A stretch of DNA of 64,000 bases from Octopus sinensis (lineage: Eukaryota): assembly GCF_006345805.1 (NCBI RefSeq), contig NC_042997.1:86180001-86244000 (forward strand), in the 5' to 3' direction. Shown in pieces: positions 34,845 to 47,196 of the stretch. The notes under the pieces are model-generated. The model was given only the letters and a program-made list of their open reading frames with translations. It ran no database searches and was not told the origin of the DNA. The position numbers and the translations under genes were made by a program. Every line of letters starts with the position of its first letter. Position 1 is the stretch's first letter.

Positions 34845-35265
34845 TATGAGCCAGTAAAGGAACCTCTACATAGTATGTAGAATTAACTACCAAATCTCTC
34901 CCAAATCATACCAAGTTCTTTTGTATATGTACTTGTGCCAACAAAGAAGCATCTATATGGTATTTTGATCAGATAGAAGTGTAGACAAATCTCACTTGAA
35001 CTATATGTATAAGCATTTATGAGTTAATGGGGGAACCACAACATAATGGCTAGATCTGATAGAAGGGCAACCAAATCAAATCCTCAAAACATCCTGCTGA
35101 CTTATGGGCATGCTAGAAATAGCAGCCTAATTGCCTTCAAATTAAAACCTACCATCTTATGTATGTATGCATGTTATAAGCCAATGTGGAAGCCTCTACA
35201 TGGTGTCTCAGCATGTTAAAATAGAAGCCAAATTCCCCCACAATTCACATCCTACTGTCTTATGT
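34845..35265 (+). repeat. About five degenerate 70-90-bp tandem units of a dispersed repeat (family E head)
   Basis: Units resemble AGCCAATG..GGAAGCCTCTACATGG...CTAGAAATAGCAGCCAAATC...CAAATCACA.CCTAC.GTCTT; the same motif is dispersed at about 5960, 6630, 6870, 14030, 36755 and 59725. Confidence 0.7.
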
Positions 35266-36346
35266 TATTTTGATACAATATGCAAACATTTCTGAGTACT
35301 TCTGCTGGTCAAGTATACTGAATTTCTCTTAGTAACAAGAAGAACTGTAGCACTGTATGGTACTTGTATACAGCAAGATTGACTGGTCTGTCAATAATTA
35401 AGTATCTTGACCAAACACACTGTACAACGCTTATGATAGGATACAAGACAGCCTATTTTCCCACAAGGCTTTATCCAAGAAATACTGTCCATAGTTGTTC
35501 TCACTGATACTAAAGACAATGTACCATTATTGAATTGTTCCAGTTGTTGTTTTTGTTCCTTCTGCCAACACTACAATGATATTTGCTTCTTTGAGTTCAG
35601 CAAATCAATGCCACCACTACTTTTGTGGTAATGTGGTCACCTACCAAGCAAGCAGTGGATACATGGTTCAAGTTACACTTGTGGGCTTATTGCTTTTTTT
35701 TTTCAGATTTTTCTAATATTTTTATATTTACTTTTCCTGTATTTTGGGCTTGTGTGTATATGTCTGCATGTTTATATATATGTGCATGTCTGTATATGTA
35801 CTTATACATGTGTAAGTGTATGTATATATGTGTCACCTCTACAAATCATAAGCTTACCAATTACCTATGTATGCTTTCACCTTCACTATAATGCTTCATT
35901 TTGAGTCATATAGAACATTAAATATTTTCAGTCCCAAACATAGCTGAACAATGAAGTCACATAATTTCTGGCATTATTTCAAATATTTGCATGTGTATAC
36001 AGTAACTACTTTTAAAATTATTAGTGGTTAATCCCTAAGTCTTGGTAGAACAAGTGTTTAATGGAACACTTATACATTATTTTCCTTATCAAACAATTAT
36101 TTCCCAAGGGGAAAGTATTCAAATTAATGCATTTGCAACTATTATCTATATTTCTTGCTGAATAATAATCATTACTATTGTTCATTTCCATTTTTAAAAT
36201 GTTAGAAAATGCAATAGATCTAACAAATTTGTCATGATTATTTCATTGTGTTTATAATTTGGTATTTCTATTCAGCTAATGGCAGTGTGAATATCAGCTT
36301 TAAAATATGATAACATACAGAGATGTGTATGTGTTATATATATATG

Positions 36347-36568
36347 CTGGCAGAACCGTTAGCACATCGGGTGAAATGCGTAGCCGTATTTCGTCTGCCG
36401 TTACATTCTGAGTTCAAATTCCGCCGAGGTCGACTTTGCCTTTCATCCTTTCGGGGTCGATAAATTAAGTACCAGTTATGCACTGGGGTCGATATAATCG
36501 ACTTAATCCGTTTATCTGTCCTTGTTTGTCCCCTCTATGTTTAGCCCCTTGTGGGTAATAAAGAAATT
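36347..36568 (+). mobile_element. Very young Meta-domain SINE B1 inserted in a (TA)n run
   Basis: CpG-rich, intact core GTCGACTTTGCCTTTCATCCTTTCGGGGTCGATAAATTAAGTACCAG, flanked by TTATATATATAT on both sides. Confidence 0.92.
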
Positions 36569-36681
36569 ATATATATATATATACCTTTTTTTTTCACATA
36601 TTTGTAAATGTATAGATGTATATTTAATGTTACTATCTGTTATTATCATTTTCTAATTTTGATTGTTTGTTTCTTTTACAG

Positions 36682-36732
36682 TTAGTTTGTTTGCTGTGAT
36701 TCAGATCACAGTCTGTAGCAGTGACGTCACAG
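36682..36732 (+). CDS. Candidate 51-nt internal coding exon (phase 1-1); looks like the end of a signal peptide of a secreted or membrane protein
   Basis: Branch-point-like TTCTAAT, then TTTGTTTCTTTTACAG| as acceptor and CAG|GTAAGC as donor. The length is divisible by 3 and the phase-1 frame reads xSLFAVIQITVCSSDVT (hydrophobic run, then a small-residue cleavage-like site). No homology is recognisable. Confidence 0.6.
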
Positions 36733-37547
36733 GTAAGCAGTTTTGAATCGCATTTTGACTTGCTAGAAATAGCAACCAAATGTCCCCTTTTAAATCAAAC
36801 TCTTAGGTCTTGAAAAAAGAATGCTTCATTGGATAATGTCAAGATACACTATAACATTAAAAAAAAGGACACAGAGATCAAAGTTATAATAACTTTTGAT
36901 CTCATGATTGCTTAGTCAGGGATAACCAAGGACTAAAGAACAATATTTGCTTTTCTATCCTAGTAATTTAATCCACTTTATACAGGGTTCATTTATTTTA
37001 TTGATACAATCAAGATGTTGCTCCAGTCAACCCCTACGCCCTGCCCTGTCTGACATTGAAGGACTATCCCTATTTTTCAGATCCCAAAAGCCCTCTCTCC
37101 TACTACAGGCAGGCTGTTAGTGGAATTTAATCTCAGAAAACAAAGGGTTATAGCAAATACTGCTAGACATTTCTTCCAGTGCACTAATAATTTTACCAAA
37201 CTGTCTTCCTGGATGGGTAGTTTAACTATAGATCTCAAAATGAAGAAAAACAAAATATTACTTTGGCAGGATTTGAACTCAGAATGCAGAGAATTGGAAT
37301 AAATACTGCAAAGCATTCTATCCAATACTTTAACAGTTAAGCTACTTCAACACTTTCAAAAACAATGATTATTAAATTGTTTCACATTTAAGAAACAATG
37401 TGTTACACATAAGTGATCAAGGTGGAATTGGTTATGATAATAGAGGTGATTGTGAATGGGGTGAGGATGGTTAGTTATTGTGAATGTGGTGATGATGGTG
37501 GTGCTTGTTGTGGTGAGAATGATGTCACAAAATAATAATTTGTCATA

Positions 37548-37715
37548 GAGGCAATTGTGGTAAGAAGCTTGCTTCCCAACCATGTGGCTCTAGGTTCAAT
37601 CCCACTGCATGGTACCTTGGGCAAATGTCTTCTACTATAGCCTTGGGTCAACCAAAGCCTTATGCGTGGATTTGGTAGAAAGAAACCGAGAGAAGCCTAT
37701 TGTGTATGTGTATAC

Positions 37716-37747
<32 letters not shown>

Positions 37748-37960
37748 GTGTGTGTGTGTCTTTGTTTTCCATCACCACATGACAATGAATGCTGGAGTGT
37801 TCATATCCCTGTAACTTAGCAGTTCAGCAAAAACAGAATAAGTACTTGGCTTATCAAAAATAAACACTGAGGTCGATTCATTTAACTAAAAAAATATCCT
37901 TCAAGCAGTGCCCCAGCATGGTTACAGTTTAATGACTGAAACAGCTAAAAGATAAAAGAC
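37548..37960 (+). mobile_element. tRNA-derived SINE family A
   Basis: TGTGGTAAGAAGCTTGCTTCCCAACC head, CCTTGGGCAAATGTCTTCTAC core and family A tail. Confidence 0.88.
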
Positions 37961-38404
37961 AGTAATGGTTATGAAATTATTTCTGTCAAAGGCTGTTGGT
38001 CACACATTTCTGAAGAGAGGACAGACTATTAAATCAACCCTAGTAATTGGTTTTATTGTACCAAACCCCAGAATAATGAAAGGTAAAATTCAGTGCTGGT
38101 CACATTCAATCTCAGCATATAGAGAAAGCAGTCTGTCAAAAGCTCTACTTTACTACTTACACTTGAGAGAAGCATTAATGTCCTACAAATTCACTATTCA
38201 CTACAACAATTTTGTGACATGCCATAGATACTTGTCGGCTGTTATATACTGGGCAAAAAGACTCTGCACATTAGTGATGGCAGTGGAATTGGTTATAATG
38301 CTAGTCATGATTGTGAATGTTGAGGTAGGGTTATTAGTAGTGCTGGCTGGTAATAATGATGGTGGTGGTGGCAGTGATGTCAATGGTAGTGATGCCAATG
38401 GTAT

Positions 38405-38615
38405 TAGTTTCAAATTGTTGCACAAGGATAGCAGTTTTGGTGGGAGTGGCTCTGTCAATTAAATCGACCTAGTGCTCAACTGGTATTTATTGATCCTGAA
38501 AGGATGAAAAGCAAATTCGACCTCAGCAGAATTTGAACTCAGAATGTGAAAAAGTGGATGAAATGTCACTAAGCATTTTGCCCAGCATGCTAACAATTCT
38601 GCCAGATTGCCACCT
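38405..38615 (-). mobile_element. Meta-domain SINE B2
   Basis: GAAAGGATGAAAAGCAAATTCGACCTCAGCAGAATTTGAACTCAG...CTGCCAG. Confidence 0.8.
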
Positions 38616-41015
38616 TAGGAGTGCCATATATATTAGCAATAAGACAGTAGTACTGAATATGAAGGTACAATGCTGATGTAAATTTTGATGATGATGATGA
38701 CAGTGAAGGTGGTGATGATGATGATGAGGAGGAAGAGGTTTTAAGCTGTTCTAATAATAATAGCAAATCAATGTTTGCTGTTTCTGTTCTGTATACTTAA
38801 ATAGTGTAGATAGCTGTCAACTACATTCATAAATCTTGTCTTTCTTTCTAAGCAACCAATATTTCAGTTCAAAAAGTAATTACAAATTTAAAACAATCAT
38901 TGTAGTTATATACATCTATGTATGTTTTTGTATGTAGAGAGAAAAAACAAAAGTGTAGCATGAAAAATCTTGTGATTAAATAAATAAAGATGTTAGACTT
39001 AGCTTAAAAAACTTTTGATTAATTTCAATATTAGTTTTAAAGCCAAACTGATATATAGCTGCTGATTGTTAAATCATATGTTTACAATATCTGATTACCT
39101 CTGTTACTTCAATTTGGTTCTTGTTATGTTTCTTGCCTAAAGGTTCCATTCACCTCAAGTTTTATGTGTAAACATTCCGTAATCTTTTATCTTTTGGGTC
39201 TCACTCTAAAGAAAAAAAGAATAATCAATAAATATTTGTTTCATCTCTTATAAGACTATGGCAAAATTATATTACTCTTTCACTGTGTTCAAGTCCATTA
39301 GACTGCAGTCTAGGTAAGACATTAAACTGCACCCAGTGCTGAGGTTTCAGTTTGGGAGTCCTAGAGTTGTGAGGAGCATAGACAGACCTTGTAATTACCA
39401 TTACTCTCAGGTCCGTTCTGACCTGGAATGGAAGTACCTGTCAAGATACCATACCATCTATGAGTTAAATAGATTTTTGTAAGGGTAGATTGGGCCCCTT
39501 AGATGTAGTAAAGAAGTCAGTCTAGGAGAAAAAAATCCAAAATTAATACCCTCTTCCAACATGCCTTAAGCCATTATGAAAGAATATGGCTGATGAAACT
39601 TAACATGTATGACCAATAGCATTGATTCTTACTATGGAGGTAATTATCTCCTGTTAGTGCGCATTCAAGCTTAGGCAGAGGTAGTGGGATATGAAGAGAC
39701 TGCAGCCACACTAATGACTTGTAGGGACACTGTATTTCATTATGCAACTATATTATACTACAAAGTATATTAAACACTTTTATAAGTTAATACTGTGTTC
39801 TCCTGTGTTAGCAATGCTATTAAATCACTTATTAAGGTTTTCAATGCTGGCTATAATTTCTATAGAAGATCTATAGAGGTAACTTTAACAAGTGATGCAG
39901 CCTTACTGGGTCATGATAAGGTCTCCAATCAATTATCATTCATACTCTCATTGATTTAGTTTTCTTCCATGCCTCAGAATCATTTTATAAGGCTTCAAGA
40001 ACAGTTGGATGTTTGTTACACTCAACTTTTCCATGGAGTAAAAAAATCTTTCATGAAAAGCAAATTCAACAGTAAAACAAATTTATGAGACCTTACCATA
40101 TGTCTCAAAACAGTGAAACAGTAAAGAATACTAGGCGTTGGTTAATCTGAGGCTATTGTATATGACACTTGTCCATGGTGCCATGCTGTGAGATCAAACC
40201 CAGAACCACATGGTTATGACATCAACATCATCATCATCCTTTAACATATATTTTCCATGCTGGCATGGTTTGGATGGTTTGACCAGAGCTGGCAAGCAAG
40301 GGAGCTGCACCAGGTTGCAGTCTGATTTGGCTTAGTTTCTATGGCCAGATGCCCTTCTTAATGTCAGTCACTTTACAGTGAGTTGGTGTTACAAAGGGCA
40401 TCCTGCCATGAAAACCAAGGAACTTCTTAATCACATAGTTGTATGAGTACCCATTTATTTATTTATTTATTTTGTAAAGCAAAGAAGGAAGAGGAAGAGG
40501 GTTAGTGCCAAAGATGTTTGCCTGTCTTTCAAGACTGCTGAGAGTGATGTAACTGTTGCTCAACAAGAATATCTGTAGATTGGTGAATGTTAAATAAAAC
40601 AGGCAGGTGGAATTCCAGTGTGTTAGTATGATTAATGCTCATCATCATCAATTAAAAAGACATGGTCAGTGAAAGAATTCTGACAGTTTCTGTCAAATTC
40701 ACTCACAAGACATTGGTCAGCCCAAGGTACTTTGCAGTAGAGCTGAACCCAAAATCGCATGGTTGCAAAGTAAACTTCTTAAGCACACAGTCATGCATGC
40801 ACCTGAAATGTATGTGTGTGTGTGCACCTTACATCCTCCTTTTTTTTCCCCATGGTGATATGAGTTGAGGGGTTGGAGGTTGAACAAGACTATTTGAGGC
40901 CCTTTCTGATGCTAACCCTCTTAGTCACCTCTTGATATACAGGGGTAAGAATACAGCTATTAGAAAAACCATGAAAAACGCAGTAGTATAATATATATAT
41001 GTTTGTCTGTGTGTC

Positions 41016-41048
<33 letters not shown>

Positions 41049-41449
41049 CACACACACACACACACCACACACAAATAATTTGTACATTGAAACAGGTTAT
41101 GCTCAATATTATGAGGTAAATGTAATGTACTGTATTATATAAACAATATGATATTTAAATGACATCTGAGAGCATAACATGTAAGAAAGAGCATCGCCAA
41201 AAATGTGGAATAGATAGAAGCAGTATAAACATACTTGGGTTAACAATTACACTTCAAGCAAGACGTGGCTTGGAATGCTGAAATCTACTGATATCTATTT
41301 CTCCTGAACTTGAAGCAAAGAAACAGAAATGCTTTACCCAATCAAGGCAAATATGCAGCTATGATATTCAAAATTCATGACTAAAGAGCTTGGAGACTGC
41401 TATTATATGTTTTTAGCTAGTCAAGTGACACTTCTCTATTTTAGTAGCA

Positions 41450-41800
41450 TGCTGGTGCCATATAAAATGCACTCGTGCCATGTAAGATGCGCTCATATCA
41501 GTTCCCTGAAGGGTGCATTCACGCTGGTGCCACATAAAGTGCACTTGTGCCAGTGTCACATAGAATGCACTAGAGTTGCTGCCACATAAACTCTTGCGCT
41601 AGTGCAATGTAAAATGCATTCATGCCAGTTCCACATGGTAAGAACCCATGCTGATAGCACCTAAAGGACATCCAGCCATAAAAAACATGCCAAAAACAAA
41701 CAACCAGAGCCTGGAACAGCTTCTCTGGTTGGCTAGCTCCTGTCAAACCATCCAACCCATGCCAGCATTGAAAATGAACTTTAAATGGTGATGATGAAGG
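41450..41800 (+). mobile_element. RTE-type 3' tail with short tandem GTGCCACATAAAATGCAC units
   Basis: Tandem units at 41450-41650, then AAGGACATCCAGCCATAAAAA...CCATCCAACCCATGCCAGCATTGAAAATGAACTTTAAATGGTGATGATG. Confidence 0.7.
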
Positions 41801-42960
41801 ACATTTATGCAATGTAAGACTAGAAATACTTTCAGCTTCTAAGCATTTTTGTTTTGTCTTTTGACATTGATGACTTTGTCCAAGGAGGGAGGGTAGTGTC
41901 CATGTCAGTCTCTCAAAATGATAAGTTACTTACAAACCAGAGACTTGGTATGAATGCTTGTAACAGAGTAAGCTCAGCTATTTGCACACCATGAGCCAGG
42001 TAGTGTCTGTGTATCTAGTATGACACTGTATTCTTGAGAAGGGCACTTAATTTTGTTTCAGCTAAAGTAAAAAAATTGTGACAGCTTATCAACAATGTTA
42101 TTTTCATTTTTATAACTGCATTTTTTTCAGCTTAGCAAGTGTTCAAACATAATCTCAAATATATAATTGTCACCAGTTTTGAAGTGTATTAGTTGTGAAC
42201 GCAACACTAGCCAAGCTTCAGCATATGAGCCTGCTGCCCTATGGTTACTTGTTCAATATCGTAACCTATCCATTCAGTAGTAGCCTTTTATCTCAAAATA
42301 TGAAATTCATGTTAAAAGTCTTAAATAATTAAGACACAATACTCTTCAATATACACAGGTTACCCTTTGCTCAAAGTTCAGGTCAAAACTGAAGTCTAGC
42401 ACAAACCACTGAGCTACACATTTTATAACTGCATAGTTCAGTGTGTTGGGTCAGCTGGCTTCCTCTATAGGCATAAGAACTGACCAATGTTAATCAATGA
42501 CAACAACATTGAAAACTAAGTAATAAGTATTCTTATAATGCCATAGAACTTCACTGTTGGGTAAATAGTTATTTACCCCAAATCCCAAAATTTAGTTAGT
42601 GCTTATTTTCTTAATCTTTGAAACAGATCAGGGTTTACAACATAAAGAGCATCTGGTTGGAGAAAATATTCCATGCTTGTATGGGTCATACTTTTTGTCT
42701 GAACCATACAAGAATGGAAACTTAACATTACAACAAATAGGAATTGATAAAATAAATGCCAAGCTGAAATAAATGCTGGAGTTGATGTGATCAGTTAAAA
42801 CCCTTGAAAGCACTGCTCCAGCATGGCCACAATCCAACAAATCAAAAGAACGAAAGGAACAGGCATAAAGTGGTCAAAAATAATTTTTAAAAAACTGAAA
42901 ATGAAAAAAGGGAAAATATGAATTTGTTCATTAACTTCTATTCTTTAGACATTTCTGTGT

Positions 42961-43002
<42 letters not shown>

Positions 43003-43694
43003 ATGTGCATGTGTGCATATGTGCGTGTGTGCATGCATGCCTGTACATGTGTATTTTCACTTTTAATGCCTGCCCACTTCTGAGCATTAATGAATAGGGT
43101 TAATGCTATTCTGCAACTTCTCATCACATTTGGATTTGTTGTTGTTTTTGCAGGGAGAGGTATGTTTTCATTTGTTTTTTAAGTTGCTTTTATTTTTACA
43201 TTTAACATGCTTTTCCTTATAGACTACTCTTTCACATAATTTTACAATTATCATTTCTATACCAGAGAGAGAAAGAGAGAGAGAAGGAGAGAATGTGTGT
43301 TGAAGAGAGATTGTAGGGGTGGAGAGAGAGGTGGAGACAGAGATTGTGGGGCTTTTTTTGGCTCCTTTTGTTGTAATTTTTAGTGTGTGTCTTTTTTATT
43401 ATCTTGTTTAAGCTGTTATACCATTTATTTACTTATTTTATTATTTTATTTTTTTCATTAAAGACTTCAAATTAATTGCGTTATTTGTTTACAGATCTAG
43501 TTAGATGAACTGATGAGAAAGTAATATTCATCTTTGAGGTATATATATGGCTGAGTGGTTAAGAAAGTTGCTTTGTAACCCCCACCAATCTAAATTCTAT
43601 CCTACAACATGGACCTTTAAGCAAGCATCATTTATTACAACCAAAACTTTGTTGCTTTGGGAGTAGAATTTGGTAGACAGAAACTGTGTGAATA

Positions 43695-43927
43695 TGGCGG
43701 TGAGCTGGCAGAAACATTAGCATGCCAGGCGAAATGCTTAGCAGTATTTTCGTCTGCTGTTATGTTCTATGTTCAAGTTCCACCGAGGTCGACTTTGCCT
43801 TTCATCCTTTTGGGGTCAATAAATTAAGTACCAGTTATGCACTGGGATCGAGGTAATCGACTTAATCCCTTTGTCTGTCCTTGTTTGTCCCCTCTATGTT
43901 TAGCCCCTTGTGGGCAATAAAGAAATA
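43695..43927 (+). mobile_element. Young Meta-domain SINE B1 with a 16-bp TSD, inserted in an old SINE A
   Basis: TSD copies AGAAACTGTGTGAATA (43679-43694) and AGAAACTGCATGAATA (43928-43943); their two differences (TG versus CA) are the two deamination products of one CpG. Confidence 0.92.
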
Positions 43928-44384
43928 AGAAACTGCATGAATACTTGACAGGTGTCTTCTTTTCTTTTTCTAACTTACCCATCAAGAGACATGGGTAATA
44001 AAAGATATACAGACATCAAAAAATTAAAGTTACCAAATATAAATAGGCACAAGTGTAGCTGTGTGGTAAGAAGTTTGCTTCACAACCACATGGTTTCAGG
44101 TTCAGTCCCACTGCATGGTACCTTGAGCAAGTCTCTTCAACTATCATTATCATCATCATCATCTTCATCATCATTTAACATCTATTGTCCATGCTGGCAT
44201 GGGTTGGACAGTTTAACCAGGGATGGCAAGCTGAGGGGCTACACCAGATTCCAGTCTGATTTGGCATGGTCTGCTATGGCTGGATGCCCTTCCTAACACC
44301 AACCACTCTGAGAATGTAATGGGTTCTTTTATGAGCCACCAGCATAGGTGCCAGTTGCATGACATATACATACATAAATATACA

Positions 44385-44925
44385 TCATCCTCATCATCAT
44401 TTAACATCTATTTTCCATGTTAGCATGGGTTGGATGGCTTGACAGGAACTGGCAAGAACAGGAGTTACACCAGATTCTATAGTCTGTTTTGGCATAGTTT
44501 CTACAGCTGGATGCTTTACCTAACACCAACCACTTTACTGAGAGCTTTTTACATGGCACCAGCACCACTGCTTTTTACGTGGTACCTTGGTTTTAGGATA
44601 TCAATTCTGTTGTGGTGAGCAGACCTTCTTGAGCACAGCAATACACTACATATCTCGGTCCCCTGTCATCTCCTTCATAAGGCTCTGAGATCAGCCTTCA
44701 TGTTGTTTTGAGTCTCCCTCTTTCACAACTTCCCTCCACTTTAAGCAATCAATACTTGTTTACACAACTGTCCTCATTCATCCATATCACGTGACCAAAC
44801 CAGCGCAGTCTCCTCTCTTATACACTGCATATAATTCCTCTTATGCTTAACTTTTCTCTCAATACACTAGTACTCTGTTGCACATGTATACTGATATTGT
44901 ACAAATAGCAGAGCATACCAGCTAC
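44385..44925 (-). mobile_element. RTE LINE 3' fragment
   Basis: The minus strand reads ...VLREKLSIRGIICSV*ERRLRWFGHVIWMNEDSCVNKY*LLKVEGSCERGR (RTE RLRW.GHV and GR.R motifs), followed by the tail and (GAT)n. Confidence 0.85.
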
Positions 44926-45085
44926 TTGTATGTATGTGAGTGTTTATATTTGTGTTTGTCTTTGTCCCACACCACCACTCAGTAACCAGCGTAGGTTTGT
45001 TTACTTTGCTGTAACTTAGCAGTTGGACCAAAATAAACTGATAGAATGAGTGCCAGACTTTTAAAAATAAGTACTGGTGATGGTT

Positions 45086-45308
45086 TATCTTTTATCTTTT
45101 ACTTATTTCAGTCATTAGACTGCAGCCATGCTGGGGCACAGCCTTGAAGAATGAATCAAAGCCAGTACTTATTTTTCCTCTTTTTTAAGCCTGGTACTTA
45201 TTCTGTTGATGGCATTTGCTGAGCCACTAATTTACAGGGATATAAACACATCAACATCAGTTGTCAAGCAGTGATGGGAGACAAAGACAGACAGACACAC
45301 ACACACAC

Positions 45309-45364
<56 letters not shown>

Positions 45365-45530
45365 TTTATATATATATATATATATATGACAGGCATCTTT
45401 CAGTTTCCATGTACCAAATACACCCACAAAGCTTTGGTCAGCCTGAAGCTATAGTAGAAGACACCTGCCCAAGGTGCCATGCAGCAGGACTGAAACCAGA
45501 ACCATGTGGTTGGGAAGCAAGCTTCTTACT
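45086..45530 (-). mobile_element. SINE family A nested in an opposite-strand family A copy
   Basis: A complete reverse-complement family A copy; the host's tail resumes at about 45545. Confidence 0.85.
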
Positions 45531-46069
45531 AAATCACTCAAGATAGAGCTCCAATATGGTTGCAGTCTATTGACTGAAACAGACAAAAAAAGTCAAAGAT
45601 TAATAAAAGATGTGGAAAACATCATACATGCACACTCACACATACATACATACATACATATCCTGAACTAAGGGTATTTTTGAGCATAAATCTATGAAAA
45701 ACATGAAAATGAATTACAGGATAAAAATGTATAATGAGAATAAAATTAATTTTGAAATATTTTGGTCAAAACTTTTCTGCACTAAATTTGCAAAATCTAA
45801 TTATTCCATTGTTCTTTTTAGTGCATTAATTTTTAGTTACTAATAGATAAAAATTAAAACTGGCTTTATGCATGATTTTTCTTCCATGAAATTAGAATTT
45901 TATGTTTTCCTAAAATAGCAAAAAAAATAATAAATTAAATAAGTTCTGCATTGTTCTCTATGCTTGTAAGTTACTAATAGATGGGAAAAATGCTTCAGAA
46001 TGAGAATTTACCTGTCTAGTGCACAGATTAACTCAGACACATAATTTTACCTTCATTTATTATGTATAC

Positions 46070-46487
46070 ATAGGTGCAGGTGTGACTGTGTGGTAAGAAA
46101 CTTGCTTCCCAACCACATGTTTTGGGGTTAAGTTCCACTGTGTGACATCTTGGTCAAGTGTCTTCCGCTATCACCTTGGGCCAACCAAAGTCTTGTGAAT
46201 GGATTTGGTAGATGGAAACTGAAAGAAGCCCCTCATATATCTATGTATGTGGGATCACCACTACTTTATCTCTTCTTCTTCCTAGCTTTCTTGTGTGACC
46301 CCTCTGTCCGGCATTCACTATGATAGATCACTAGCCACTACACATTCTTTATTTTCTTTCCGTTTCTTTCTGTGTTCCTTTCTATAGAAGAGCATAGGCT
46401 TGAAATGTTAAAGACTTTTTCACTTCCTGAGCATTACACTAATACATCTGTTTGTTGTCTACACCACTTGTTTTTGTCTTTTATATA

Positions 46488-46540
<53 letters not shown>

Positions 46541-46750
46541 GTCTGTGCATGTATGTTTCTGTCCTCCCACCCTGCTTGACAACTGGTGATGGTGTGTTTA
46601 CACCTCTATAACTTGACAGTTTGACAAAAGAGTCTGATAGAATAAATACCAGGCTGTATGCACTGGAGTCGATATATTTGACTAAAAGTTCTTCAAGGTC
46701 ATGCCTCAACATGGCCACAGTCTAATGACTGAAGCAAGTAAAAGATAAAA
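46070..46750 (+). mobile_element. SINE family A carrying a Penelope-like terminal fragment (46251-46482) in its internal microsatellite
   Basis: Family A head at 46070-46235; the insert contains GAAGAGCATAGGCTTGAAATGTTA; the family A tail runs from about 46555. Confidence 0.75.
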
Positions 46751-46776
46751 GAAACAGGCAAACAGACACACACACA

Positions 46777-46819
<43 letters not shown>

Positions 46820-47196
46820 ATACTCAGACAGAGCATGTTGGAGAATGCTGAATCAAGAAATGTGGTGTAGATATTCACCAAGTAGTATTCACATCAATGA
46901 AATCTTAAATTCCAACTCCTTCATATAGGGTAGGTGGCTCCAGTGTAGGAAGTCAGCTATGATAAACATAATTATGGCACCTGTCAGGGTTCATATGAAA
47001 CACCTGTAAAGATAAGACTTCCTTTTTGTTTATTTTATTCCAGGTAAAGACTTTTGTTTCATCTCCCCCTGTTCATCAGCCTTATTTTTTTTTTTTACTT
47101 TCACTTCAACTATACAGTTCATATGACTTACAATATGAGTTACTGTGTTCTGAGAGATCCAGGATGACATGACTAATTTTGATTACTGGAACAGCC

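Noticed and set aside
42131-42260. Acceptor TTTTTTTTCAG at 42130
   Set aside because: There are early stops in all three frames.
43495-43508. Acceptor TTATTTGTTTACAG downstream of the 51-nt exon
   Set aside because: All three frames stop within five codons, and there is no strong donor.
47043-47082. Minus-strand CTGATGA-N12-GAAAC-AAAA-GTC
   Set aside because: The core words match, but helix II cannot pair and helix I is weak, so it is probably chance.
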